Shown one piece after another: positions 51,620 to 60,771 of a stretch of DNA of 64,000 bases (position 1 is the first letter of the stretch; each line of letters starts with the position of its first letter). Under the pieces are notes generated by a model, which was not told the DNA's origin, ran no database searches, and saw nothing but the letters and a program-made list of their open reading frames with translations. The position numbers and the translations under genes were made by a program. This DNA is from Sedimentibacter sp. (GTDB taxonomy: Bacteria > Bacillota > Clostridia > Tissierellales > Sedimentibacteraceae). The DNA lies in NCBI RefSeq assembly GCF_038562225.1, contig NZ_JBCFAS010000007.1, positions 63,277 to 127,276 of the forward strand. The letters are read 5' to 3'.

Positions 51620-53008
51620 CTATGAAGCTTTTATTTTATTGCTTACAGAAATTCCTATAAACTGTCTGTCTTTAAGTGAATCACGATGCCACATCTTTCC
51701 TGATACAGCTATTATAATGCATGCAATAAATCCTGCTAAAGTCAAACCAACTATGGTCCACCCGTTGCCATTGACAAGCATAATTGGAAATGATGTCCAG
51801 CATGCAATTTCCAAAAAACCTGATAGAGGAGTCATTGCAGAGTCCTCAATGGTTTTTGATTTGTTGTCAGGATCTACAATGCGTAGTAAAACAAATCCGA
51901 TTGCAAAGACACCGGTCAGATATCCATAACAGAAAATCGAGTGTTCAAACCAACTATCTTTAATAAAGCGGTAACCAAGTGGTATTACAGCCAAAAATGT
52001 ACAAACAATTCCTGCCAATGATAAAATAAGAAGCGGAATTGCATATTTAATAATGACTGTTATCTTTATTGCTGATATACCAAAGAATACAAGGTAATCT
52101 GTACATGTTCCGGCTATTTTGGTGTTAATACGTGTATCAATATAATGATATACTTGTGTCTTGCGAAGAAGCAGAAATAGTACTAATGCTAGTATGTATG
52201 CAACCGTAAAATCGGGTATGCCAGATAATACATACGGTGCCAAGACTTTTTTGTTGATATAAAATCCAATTCCTGCAACTGTAAGTATCAGGCTTAGGTG
52301 ATAGCATAGCGTGTCTAGTGAAACTGAACTAATGGTTTCATCTCCTAAGGATTGTCGATTTTCTTTAGAAATCAAACCGGTTTTTAAATCGCCACCAATA
52401 TATTTGAAATCTTTTATGTAACCTGTGTAACCTTTTTTGGTAGCCCACTTGATAAATATCAAGCCTCCGAAGACACCTACTAAAATTCCAACAGTAGCAA
52501 AAGTCATCCCAAGGTCTGTTGCTTCTGCAAATCCTAATTCAGCAAATGTTTTACCAACAGCCGCTGCTGTTCCATGACCGCCACTAAAGCCTGCTGCCAA
52601 TAATAGACCAATACCTTCATTCACATCAGGATAAAATGACCTAATCACAGTTACTGTTAGAGCGATTGGAATAAAAAACTGCATAAAGAACGCTACGAAT
52701 CGATATAACTGAAAACCTATTATACGGTTAGCTTCTTCCTTGCTATTCGTTTTATTGAATTCAAATCCATTAACTCCAACAACAGTAAAAATAATGATTA
52801 TTAACACGCCAGCATAAGAGCCAATACCTTCAGAAAATGGAAGTATATTAAGGCATTGGCTGCCAAGTAACAGGCCAAGGAAACCGGCTATCATACTAGA
52901 AGGAATAAAAAATCTTTGAAAAAATGAAAATTTTGCTCGAAATAATTGTCCTATAAGGATAAGCAATGATGCGATTGCAAAATCGATAAATAAATCATAA
53001 ATGTTCAT
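51620..53008 (-). CDS. Sodium/glutamate symporter (GltS/ESS) family transporter
   Basis: FIPSSMIAG, GFSGGHGTAAA, ATVG, LLRIVDPD. Confidence 0.85.
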   Translation of the reverse strand: MNIYDLFIDFAIASLLILIGQLFRAKFSFFQRFFIPSSMIAGFLGLLLGSQCLNILPFSEGIGSYAGVLIIIIFTVVGVNGFEFNKTNSKEEANRIIGFQLYRFVAFFMQFFIPIALTVTVIRSFYPDVNEGIGLLLAAGFSGGHGTAAAVGKTFAELGFAEATDLGMTFATVGILVGVFGGLIFIKWATKKGYTGYIKDFKYIGGDLKTGLISKENRQSLGDETISSVSLDTLCYHLSLILTVAGIGFYINKKVLAPYVLSGIPDFTVAYILALVLFLLLRKTQVYHYIDTRINTKIAGTCTDYLVFFGISAIKITVIIKYAIPLLILSLAGIVCTFLAVIPLGYRFIKDSWFEHSIFCYGYLTGVFAIGFVLLRIVDPDNKSKTIEDSAMTPLSGFLEIACWTSFPIMLVNGNGWTIVGLTLAGFIACIIIAVSGKMWHRDSLKDRQFIGISVSNKIKAS

Positions 53009-53109
53009 TAGATTACCTCCTAATTTTAATTTAGCTGCATTGTCTTAGGCCTAAAGGTTGCAGCACATGGAAAATGTTTGCACAAACCAACGAAAGAACT
53101 TTCAACATT

Positions 53110-53138
53110 ATTATAAATACTAAAATATATAATGTCAA
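53110..53138 (-). promoter_or_regulatory. Consensus sigma-A promoter of the GltS operon
   Basis: Minus strand TTGACA-17-TATAAT; short palindromes GAAAG-N2-CTTTC and GTTTG-N2-CAAAC just downstream may be ROK operators. Confidence 0.75.
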
Positions 53139-53296
53139 TAGTAGAATATAAAATATTAAAATATTTAAATTTCAAAGCAAATAATATATTACAATAGTTA
53201 TAATAAATACTATAAAAACAAATGACTAGAAATTGTATTGTAAATTAGTTATAATTAAAAGGGATTTTTTACAATTAAATCACAAATTCCGAAAGG

Positions 53297-54472
53297 GTGA
53301 TTGTTTTGGATATTACAAATATAAGAGATAATAATATTAAAGATATACTAAATTCTTTAAGATTTAATATGGGTTTAACAAAAAAGGATATTGCTGATAA
53401 AACAGGTCTTAGCTTTTCAACAGTATCAAGTGCATGTAATGTTTTAATTGAAAAAGGTATTATGCAAGAAAAAAAGGTGCAGTCTACAAATGTGGGACGA
53501 TTACCAAGAAACATCACATTTAATTATAAACAATTTTGTTCTGTTGCGCTCGATTTACAAAACCGTAACCTAATGGATTTCACAGTAATTGATTTCAATA
53601 ATGATGTGCTTTACCATTCTTTATATAATGTCGCTCACTGTTTTAGTGCAAAAGATGTTATAAATTATGCTTTTACAATTTTTAAGGATATTAGTAAGTA
53701 TCCTACTTTTGATAATGTTCAATGCGTTGGTCTGGGAATTGCGGTTCCGGGAATTTTTGATCAAAAAGCTGGTAAGCTGATAAACAGCTCAATATCTTAT
53801 TATGAAGGAGCTTCATTTGTTGAAATAGCTGAAGATGTTTTTGGTGTTCCTTGTTATGTAGATACAGGGTCTAACTTCTGTGCTTTATCAGTCCAGCAAA
53901 AAGAGCCAAATGCTAATAATTTTGTTTATATTAACATATCATCAGAAATTAGTGCAGGTGTTATCTGCCAGGATAAACTTGTAACTGGTCAGAGTGGCCA
54001 TGCATTACGTGTAGCTCATCTGCCCCTAGGTAATGAGTCGGAAAAATGCAGTATATCTGGTTGTCAAAATTATGGATGCATCTATAATGAAATTTCTTTG
54101 AAGGGAATGGTAGGCGAATACCTTTCGGAAAATACAGACCTTTCTCTATTAGATCGGTGGCTTGAGATGATACGTGATATGAGAAGTTATCCGCAAAAAT
54201 ATAATGATTATTTCAAAGAGAAGGGTAAGTATATTGGAAATCTAATAGCAACGCTGGTTTGTATTTTTGACCCTGCAACAGTATACTTGGGGGGGCACTG
54301 TCTTGTTATTTATGATTTGTTGGAACCAGCCATATGGGAAGTCGTAAAAAAGCGCTGTCCTCTTGCTTGCCAATTTGGATTGCAATTACTGTGGGATGTT
54401 GATAGTAATGAAACTCTCTATAAAGGCATTAATCAATCTGTTTATAATGGATGGAATCCTTTGAGGTTGTAA
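53297..54472 (+). CDS. ROK family transcriptional regulator
   Basis: HTH IADKTGLSFSTVS, GRLP, GIAVPG, AHL...C-x3-C-x3-GC metal motif; start may be TTG 53306. Confidence 0.85.
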   Translation: MIVLDITNIRDNNIKDILNSLRFNMGLTKKDIADKTGLSFSTVSSACNVLIEKGIMQEKKVQSTNVGRLPRNITFNYKQFCSVALDLQNRNLMDFTVIDFNNDVLYHSLYNVAHCFSAKDVINYAFTIFKDISKYPTFDNVQCVGLGIAVPGIFDQKAGKLINSSISYYEGASFVEIAEDVFGVPCYVDTGSNFCALSVQQKEPNANNFVYINISSEISAGVICQDKLVTGQSGHALRVAHLPLGNESEKCSISGCQNYGCIYNEISLKGMVGEYLSENTDLSLLDRWLEMIRDMRSYPQKYNDYFKEKGKYIGNLIATLVCIFDPATVYLGGHCLVIYDLLEPAIWEVVKKRCPLACQFGLQLLWDVDSNETLYKGINQSVYNGWNPLRL

Positions 54473-54663
54473 TTGGAACCATGCTAAGTATTAATAACTG
54501 ATTATATTTAGCTGAATGTTATTAATTTGTTTTACAAATATATTAGGGAAAGAAAAGTAGATTAATCAAGATTGGTGAAAAATAAAAATCATAGCCTAAT
54601 AAAAATAAGTACTATACATATTTCGGTTGATATAATGCGTTAAGTGAAGAAGGAAGATTTTGT

Positions 54664-56808
54664 ATGAAATTGATAGTTACGGAAAAACCGTCAGTGGCAA
54701 AGGACATTGCCAGGGTATTAAACATAAAAGGTTCAAGAGACGGATACATGGAAAGCAGGGACTACATCATAACTTGGTGCGTGGGACATCTGATACAGCT
54801 TGCATATCCGGAGGAGTACGATCAGAAGTACAAAAGCTGGAACATAAATGACCTGCCCATATTTCCAAGGCAGTTCAAATACATGGTGAACCAGACCACA
54901 CAAAAGCAGTATGAAACGGTGAAGAGCCTCATGCTGGATGACAGAACAGACGAGGTAATCTGTGCAACGGACGCCGGCCGTGAAGGCCAGCTTATTTTCG
55001 GCTACGTCTACATAAACGCAGGGTGCAAAAAACCGGTAAAGAGGCTTTGGATAAGCAGCATGACCGACGAGGCCATTCTGGAAGGCTTCAGGGACCTGAA
55101 GGACAACAAGGAATATTTCAGCCTCTATCAGTCGGCAAAAGCCCGGTCAGAGGCAGACTGGCTGGTTGGAATAAATGCCACAAGGCTTTTTACTGTGAAG
55201 TACAACCGGATGCTGACCATAGGAAGGGTTCAGACTCCCACGTTGTCCCTCATTGTCCAGAGGCAGAAGGAAATAGATCAGTTTGTGTCACAGCCATTTT
55301 ATGAGATTGCAGCCGACTGCGGAATGTTTACGGCCACATGGTTCAACAAAAACGGTACAAGGATAGATGAACTTGAAAAGGCGGAAGATATAGCTGCCAG
55401 GTGCCGCGGAAAGGAAGCCACGGTCACAAAGCTGCAGACAAAGAGGGCTACGGTTGAGAGGCCTCTTTTGTATGACTTGACGGAGCTTCAGAGGGACGGC
55501 AACAGAAGGTACGGTTACTCTGCGGAGCAGACTCTTGATGCTGCCCAGAACCTGTATGAAAAGTACAAGCTTGCCACATATCCCAGAACGGATTCCAGGT
55601 ACCTGACCAAGGACATGAAGCCAAAGCTTGCAGGACTTCTTCAGAACATAAAGGACGGCTGGAAGGGTTCGGAGTACTGTGTTGACAAGGTGCTCGGCCA
55701 GAAGATAAATGCGGACAAGCGTGTTATAGATGACTCAAAGGTAACGGATCACCACGCCATAATAGTGACTCCGAACATAAGAGGCGCTGCCGGCATGAAG
55801 CTTCCCGAAAGGGAACACAACATACTGAAGCTCATTGTGGCCAGGTTCATAGCAGTTCTTGACAGAAAACAGGAATACGACCAGACAGACATTGAACTTA
55901 AAATCGAAAACGACAAGTTCAAGGCCAGAGGCAAGAAGGTCGTTATACCGGGCTGGAAGGAAGTGGAGGACATAATGCTCGGCAAGGTGAAGGAAGACTC
56001 CGAGGAAGGGGAAATCACCGTGAACCTTGCAGAGGGAGACACTCTCATGCCAAATGAAGTCAAGGTGGTAACAAAGAAGACGTCTCCACCTAAGCCTTAC
56101 ACTGAAGCCACGCTTTTAACGGCCATGGAAACGGCAGGGAAGCAGATAGAGGATGAAAGGCTAAGGGAAGAGATGAAATCCATAGGCCTTGGAACGCCAG
56201 CTACCAGGGCGGGCATAATCGAAAAACTTATAAGTGTAGGATATATAAAGAGGAACAAAAAAAATCTGGTTCCCACGCAAAATGGAATACAGCTAATAGA
56301 AATCGTGCATGAAAAGCTGAAAAAACCGGACCTGACAGGAGAATGGGAGAGCCAGCTGGGCAAAATAGCAAAAAAAGAAGCATCGTCTAAGGATTTCATT
56401 GTGGACATAATGAAGTACGTTGCTGAAATAACAAGGGACGCAAAGACAAACACTATAAAAAATGTGAGCTTTGAAAGCAGTTCAGCCAAATCCAGGAAGG
56501 AGCCCATAGGATTGTGCCCACGCTGCGGCAGGGAAGTATACGAGAGTAAAAACAGTTTTTTCTGCACAGGATACAAAAATTTTCCTCCCTGCAGGTTTTC
56601 CATCTGGAAGGAAGACAGCGCCTTAAAGGAAAAAGGTGTGGCATTTTCAAAGAGCAATGTGTCGGAACTATTAAAAACCGGGCAGACGAAAGTGAAGTCT
56701 CAAAATGACGGACAGGAGAAGGCGCTGCTGGTAAAAATGACGGACAGCGGCTATCGTGTGGAGTTTTCCTTTGAAAGTGCTGAAGAACAATTGCCTCAGA
56801 CGCCTTAA
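54664..56808 (+). CDS. topB: DNA topoisomerase III
   Basis: EKPS, ATDAGREG, GRVQTP, TYPRTD, GLGTPATRA, C-terminal zinc ribbon. Confidence 0.92.
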   Translation: MKLIVTEKPSVAKDIARVLNIKGSRDGYMESRDYIITWCVGHLIQLAYPEEYDQKYKSWNINDLPIFPRQFKYMVNQTTQKQYETVKSLMLDDRTDEVICATDAGREGQLIFGYVYINAGCKKPVKRLWISSMTDEAILEGFRDLKDNKEYFSLYQSAKARSEADWLVGINATRLFTVKYNRMLTIGRVQTPTLSLIVQRQKEIDQFVSQPFYEIAADCGMFTATWFNKNGTRIDELEKAEDIAARCRGKEATVTKLQTKRATVERPLLYDLTELQRDGNRRYGYSAEQTLDAAQNLYEKYKLATYPRTDSRYLTKDMKPKLAGLLQNIKDGWKGSEYCVDKVLGQKINADKRVIDDSKVTDHHAIIVTPNIRGAAGMKLPEREHNILKLIVARFIAVLDRKQEYDQTDIELKIENDKFKARGKKVVIPGWKEVEDIMLGKVKEDSEEGEITVNLAEGDTLMPNEVKVVTKKTSPPKPYTEATLLTAMETAGKQIEDERLREEMKSIGLGTPATRAGIIEKLISVGYIKRNKKNLVPTQNGIQLIEIVHEKLKKPDLTGEWESQLGKIAKKEASSKDFIVDIMKYVAEITRDAKTNTIKNVSFESSSAKSRKEPIGLCPRCGREVYESKNSFFCTGYKNFPPCRFSIWKEDSALKEKGVAFSKSNVSELLKTGQTKVKSQNDGQEKALLVKMTDSGYRVEFSFESAEEQLPQTP

Positions 56809-56825
56809 ACAATTTCCGAATACCC

Positions 56826-56854
56826 TTGACCGAATAGGAGTCAATATGTATAAT
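56826..56854 (+). promoter_or_regulatory. Sigma-A promoter of the uORF-secD-secF operon
   Basis: TTGACC-17-TATAAT. Confidence 0.7.
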
Positions 56855-56964
56855 AGGTACGATTGGCCGTTTACGGTTTACTGTTCCAGGAACTGTACGG
56901 CCTTGGTCAGATTTAAATTCAAAAATATTATTATGGAATGAATAACCGGGGAAGGATGGCTCAG

Positions 56965-57354
56965 ATGAAAGTTAACAGCAGAAAAGTAGCAGCATTAATG
57001 ATAGTTCTGGTCATTTTGACCTCGATTTTTATTTTGCAGCACAAAGAAAGCAGCAAGAATTCATACATCAAGGACAGCCTGGAAGTTTACACTGATATGG
57101 AGAGCATAAGCATTCTGGAGGAGGATTTAGGCCACGGAGAAAATGCACAGCTTTTCAAGTCAGGCAGCACACCATTGTTCAGCATGTTCAAGACATACAT
57201 TTTAATAAATGCATATCTTGCTGCCAACATATTCAGGCTCAGGCACACACAGGCAGCGAGCCAGGTCAGAATGCTCTGCTTTTACAGTGTCTTTGTGGTG
57301 TTCTTTGCCAACAAGAAGGACGGCAAAAAGTGGATGGATTGTGTTTACTCATAA
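56965..57354 (+). CDS. Membrane-anchored hypothetical protein directly upstream of secD; candidate translation-arrest (secretion monitor) peptide
   Basis: Basic N-terminus + hydrophobic VAALMIVLVILTSIFIL; C-terminal FFANKKDGKKWMDCVYS; stop 27 nt before secD; start could be 56938, 56956 or 56965. Confidence 0.6.
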   Translation: MKVNSRKVAALMIVLVILTSIFILQHKESSKNSYIKDSLEVYTDMESISILEEDLGHGENAQLFKSGSTPLFSMFKTYILINAYLAANIFRLRHTQAASQVRMLCFYSVFVVFFANKKDGKKWMDCVYS

Positions 57355-57381
57355 CCATATCATAAAAATCAGGAGGAAGAA

Positions 57382-58647
57382 ATGAGAATAAATAAACACA
57401 TGTATATCCTTGTAATACTGCTGATAGCAGCAATTGCTCTCACAGCGGTGTTCGGCATAAACGCAGGACCCGTGCAGATAAGGGGAATGAAGGATATAAG
57501 ATTTGGAATAGACATAAGAGGCGGAGTTGAAGCCGTATTCGAGCCGGCAAATCTGGACAGGGTTCCTGAAGCCAGTGAGCTGGAATCTGCAAGAGTAATA
57601 ATGGAAACAAGAATGGATGCTCAGAACATTCTTGACAGAGAAATAACCGTAGATAACACAAACGGACAAATAATAGTGAGGTTCCCGTGGAAGTCCGGAG
57701 AAACGAACTTCAACCCTCAGGCAGCCATTGCAGAGCTTGGAGAAACTGCAAAGCTCACATTCAGGGATCCTGCAGGAAACATCCTGATTGAAGGAAAGGA
57801 TGTAAAGGAGAGCCAGGTTCAGTTGGACAAGAAGACCAGTCAGCCGGTTGTAACGCTCATATTCAACGCTGAAGGTACAAAGCTGTTTGAAGAAGCTACA
57901 GAAAAGCTTGTGGGACAGAGAATATCCATATACATGGATGAAACTCTGATTTCAGCTCCAACAGTAAATGAAAAAATTTCCGGAGGAAACTCCGTAATAA
58001 CAAACATGGGAAGCACAGAAGCTGCCAAGGCTCTTTCCGATAAGATAAATTCAGGTGCTCTGCCATTCTCGCTGGTATCCAAAAACCACAGCACCATAAC
58101 TCCGACACTGGGTTCAGGAGCACTTGACGTGATGATTAAGGCAGGTATCATAGCATTCGCATTTGTGTGCCTGTTCATGATATTCTACTATAGGATGCTT
58201 GGATTCGTCGCATGCCTTGCCATAATACTGCAGGTATCCATACAGATGCTGGCGCTTTCAATTCCTCAGATCACACTTACACTTACAGGTATTGCAGGTA
58301 TAATCCTTTCCATAGGAATGGGAGTTGACGCAAACGTAATAATCGGCGAAAGAATAAAGGAAGAATTAAGCGCGGGAAGATCCCTAGGCTATTCCATAGA
58401 CACAGGATACAAAAAAGCATTCACGGCAGTTTTTGACGGCAACATCACAACCATTGCCGCAGCAGTAATCATGATGATTTTTGGAACAGGTTCAATGCTT
58501 TCATTCGGTTACACATTGATGGTAGGCTGCATTCTTAACTTCGTTTCAGGAGTTTCCGTATCAAGGATTATAACGAAATCCCTGAGCATGAATGACGGAT
58601 TCACAAATATATCCCTTTATGGGGCAAAAGTTAAGGAGGCAAAATAA
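57382..58647 (+). CDS. secD: Protein translocase subunit SecD
   Basis: GIDIRGG, GALP, GIAGIILSIGMGVDANVI, DGNITT. Confidence 0.95.
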   Translation: MRINKHMYILVILLIAAIALTAVFGINAGPVQIRGMKDIRFGIDIRGGVEAVFEPANLDRVPEASELESARVIMETRMDAQNILDREITVDNTNGQIIVRFPWKSGETNFNPQAAIAELGETAKLTFRDPAGNILIEGKDVKESQVQLDKKTSQPVVTLIFNAEGTKLFEEATEKLVGQRISIYMDETLISAPTVNEKISGGNSVITNMGSTEAAKALSDKINSGALPFSLVSKNHSTITPTLGSGALDVMIKAGIIAFAFVCLFMIFYYRMLGFVACLAIILQVSIQMLALSIPQITLTLTGIAGIILSIGMGVDANVIIGERIKEELSAGRSLGYSIDTGYKKAFTAVFDGNITTIAAAVIMMIFGTGSMLSFGYTLMVGCILNFVSGVSVSRIITKSLSMNDGFTNISLYGAKVKEAK

Positions 58648-59561
58648 TGATTAAATTCTATGAAAAAAGAAAGATATTTTTTGCTCTCTCCTCTGCTGTG
58701 ATGATTATAGGGATAATTGCAATGTTCTTTAACGGAGTCAACCTTTCCATCCAGTTCAAGGGAGGGGCCATTATAAAATATTCCTACACAGGAGAATTAA
58801 ACGCAGATGAAGCCAAAAGCAAGGCCACTTCAATCCTGAACAGAGATACCGAAGTGCAGCTGACGGAAGACCTGGCTACCCACAGCAGGAAAGTGGTGTT
58901 CAACCTTTCAGGCAACAGCGGTCTCGACGCTGCGGATCAGGATAAACTTGACATCGGTCTTAAGGAAGCTTTCCCCGATGCCAATCTGGAACTTTCGGAA
59001 TCCAACGTTGTTCAGCCGTTCATAGGCAGGAGATTTCTGACAAACGGGCTTATAGCACTGGGTCTGACAGCAGTGTTCATAATTATATACGTACGCTTCA
59101 GATTTAAGAAAATATCAGGCCTTTCGGCAGGAGTTATCGGCCTCATTGCTCTTGTACACGATGTGCTGATCGTATTCTTCACATTTGTGATATTCAAGAT
59201 GCCGATCAATGACTCATTTATTGCGGTAACGCTGACCATAATAGGATATTCCATAAACGACACCATAGTTGTTTACGACCGCATAAGGGAAAACAAACCA
59301 TACTTTGAGAAGAAGACCTTTGAAGAGCTGGTGGACACAAGCATCAACCAGTCGCTGACAAGGTCCATAAACACCAGCGTGACAACCGCCATAAGCATAT
59401 TGATCGTGTACATCCTGGCATATGCATACAACATTGATTCAATAAAGATTTTCTCAATACCAATGCTCGTAGGCGTAATCAGCGGATGCTACTCCACTCT
59501 GTGCATAGCAGGACCAATGCTGGTAATGTGGCACAACAAGAAACAGGAAGCTCAATACTAG
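58647..59561 (+). CDS. secF: Protein translocase subunit SecF
   Basis: IQFKGG, ALVHDV, GYSINDTIVVYDRIREN, RSINTS. Confidence 0.95.
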   Translation: MIKFYEKRKIFFALSSAVMIIGIIAMFFNGVNLSIQFKGGAIIKYSYTGELNADEAKSKATSILNRDTEVQLTEDLATHSRKVVFNLSGNSGLDAADQDKLDIGLKEAFPDANLELSESNVVQPFIGRRFLTNGLIALGLTAVFIIIYVRFRFKKISGLSAGVIGLIALVHDVLIVFFTFVIFKMPINDSFIAVTLTIIGYSINDTIVVYDRIRENKPYFEKKTFEELVDTSINQSLTRSINTSVTTAISILIVYILAYAYNIDSIKIFSIPMLVGVISGCYSTLCIAGPMLVMWHNKKQEAQY

Positions 59562-59569
59562 GAGGATTT

Positions 59570-59989
59570 ATGAAGGAATACATTTGTTCCAGACTTGTTA
59601 AATCAGAAGATTTGAATCATCACGGCACTTTGTTTGCAGGCCGTACAGCTGAATGGTTTGTGGAATCCGCATTTATAGCTGCAGCGTCCACACTGGGCAG
59701 CCCTGAAAATGTGGTTTGCCTGAACATCCACGGCTTTGTGTTCAAGACGCCAATCAATAAGGGCGAAATAGTGAAGTTCACCAGCAAGGTAGTCCATCTG
59801 GGCAAAACCAGCATAGTGGTGCACGCAAAGCTTGAGATGGAAATAAACAAGATTCCGCCTGTTGAAAGTTTCTTCACATTCATCTCCGTTGACGAGGAAG
59901 GAAAGAAGGTTCCTCACGGACTGGTTTTAGATGAGGCTGCCAACGAGGAAGAAAAGCAGCTGAGAGAAAGAGCAAAGAATCTGAAGTAA
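59570..59989 (+). CDS. Hotdog-fold acyl-CoA thioesterase-like protein
   Basis: DLNHHGTLFAG; ATG 59570 after AGGAGG. Confidence 0.85.
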   Translation: MKEYICSRLVKSEDLNHHGTLFAGRTAEWFVESAFIAAASTLGSPENVVCLNIHGFVFKTPINKGEIVKFTSKVVHLGKTSIVVHAKLEMEINKIPPVESFFTFISVDEEGKKVPHGLVLDEAANEEEKQLRERAKNLK

Positions 59990-59994
59990 CATGG

Positions 59995-60024
59995 AAGGAG
60001 AAGACCGAGGTCTTCTTCTTTTTT
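59995..60024 (+). terminator. Intrinsic terminator
   Basis: GAAGACC-GA-GGTCTTC stem plus T-run. Confidence 0.7.
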
Positions 60025-60085
60025 CTTTTTACATAAGTTGATAAAATTCGATATTTATGATAATATATAAAAAAAGAGGTCACAT

Positions 60086-60742
60086 ATGAAAAAGATAACC
60101 AAGATTGAGTATCAGAAAAACAACAAGGACAGGCTGAATGTTTATCTTGACGACAGCTACGCTTTTTCAGTGGACATGGACGTTATGATAAAATATTCCC
60201 TGGCCAAGAACAAGGTGCTCGAAGATGATTTCATCAGCCAGGTTCTCAAGGCAGAGGAAGAAGTGAAAGCATACAGTTATGCAGTGGGGTTGCTTTCAAG
60301 ATTTCCCAAAAGCGAAAAACAGCTGAGGGATAAAATGACTGAAAAGGGATATGACGATGATTTTATTGACAGCGCCATAAGCAGACTGAAGGAGCACAGG
60401 TACCTGGATGATGAAAGGTACACTGATATGGTTATTAACAGCAGGCTGAACACTTCAAAGGAAGGAAAGCTGAAAATAAGGGAATCCTTGTACAGCAAGG
60501 GGATAGACAGGGAAATAATAAACGAGAAGCTGGGAAACATTTCAGCTGAGGATGAGCTGGAAAGGGCATGCGCCTTGGGAGGTAAAAAACTTAGCAGTAT
60601 TAATGAAGACGATACCCGAAAAAAAATGGTTAAGCTGTCGAATTATTTAGTTAACAAGGGTTTTGAGTACGGTACTGTCCGCAAGGCAGTAAGCCGGCTC
60701 ATGGAAAAAGGGTTAGATGAATTAGGGGAATTTGACGACTAA
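60086..60742 (+). CDS. recX: Regulatory protein RecX
   Basis: Firmicute-type N-terminus KITKIEYQK; KSEKQLRDK, YLDDERY, KGID, YLVNKGF. Confidence 0.9.
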   Translation: MKKITKIEYQKNNKDRLNVYLDDSYAFSVDMDVMIKYSLAKNKVLEDDFISQVLKAEEEVKAYSYAVGLLSRFPKSEKQLRDKMTEKGYDDDFIDSAISRLKEHRYLDDERYTDMVINSRLNTSKEGKLKIRESLYSKGIDREIINEKLGNISAEDELERACALGGKKLSSINEDDTRKKMVKLSNYLVNKGFEYGTVRKAVSRLMEKGLDELGEFDD

Positions 60743-60771
60743 TACAAAAACGAAAAAGGGGGCGTGATTGT

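Larger units (their letters stand above)
49222..54600. other. AT-rich, probably horizontally acquired four-gene island (boundaries approximate)
   Basis: Visible shift to AT-rich sequence and A/T-ending codons between the AroM gene and topB; no integrase seen. Confidence 0.6.

Noticed and set aside
54664-56808. topB as marker of a conjugative element
   Set aside because: Host-like composition; no relaxase, T4SS or integrase nearby
60086-60742. recX without adjacent recA
   Set aside because: Common arrangement in Firmicutes; no SOS box seen
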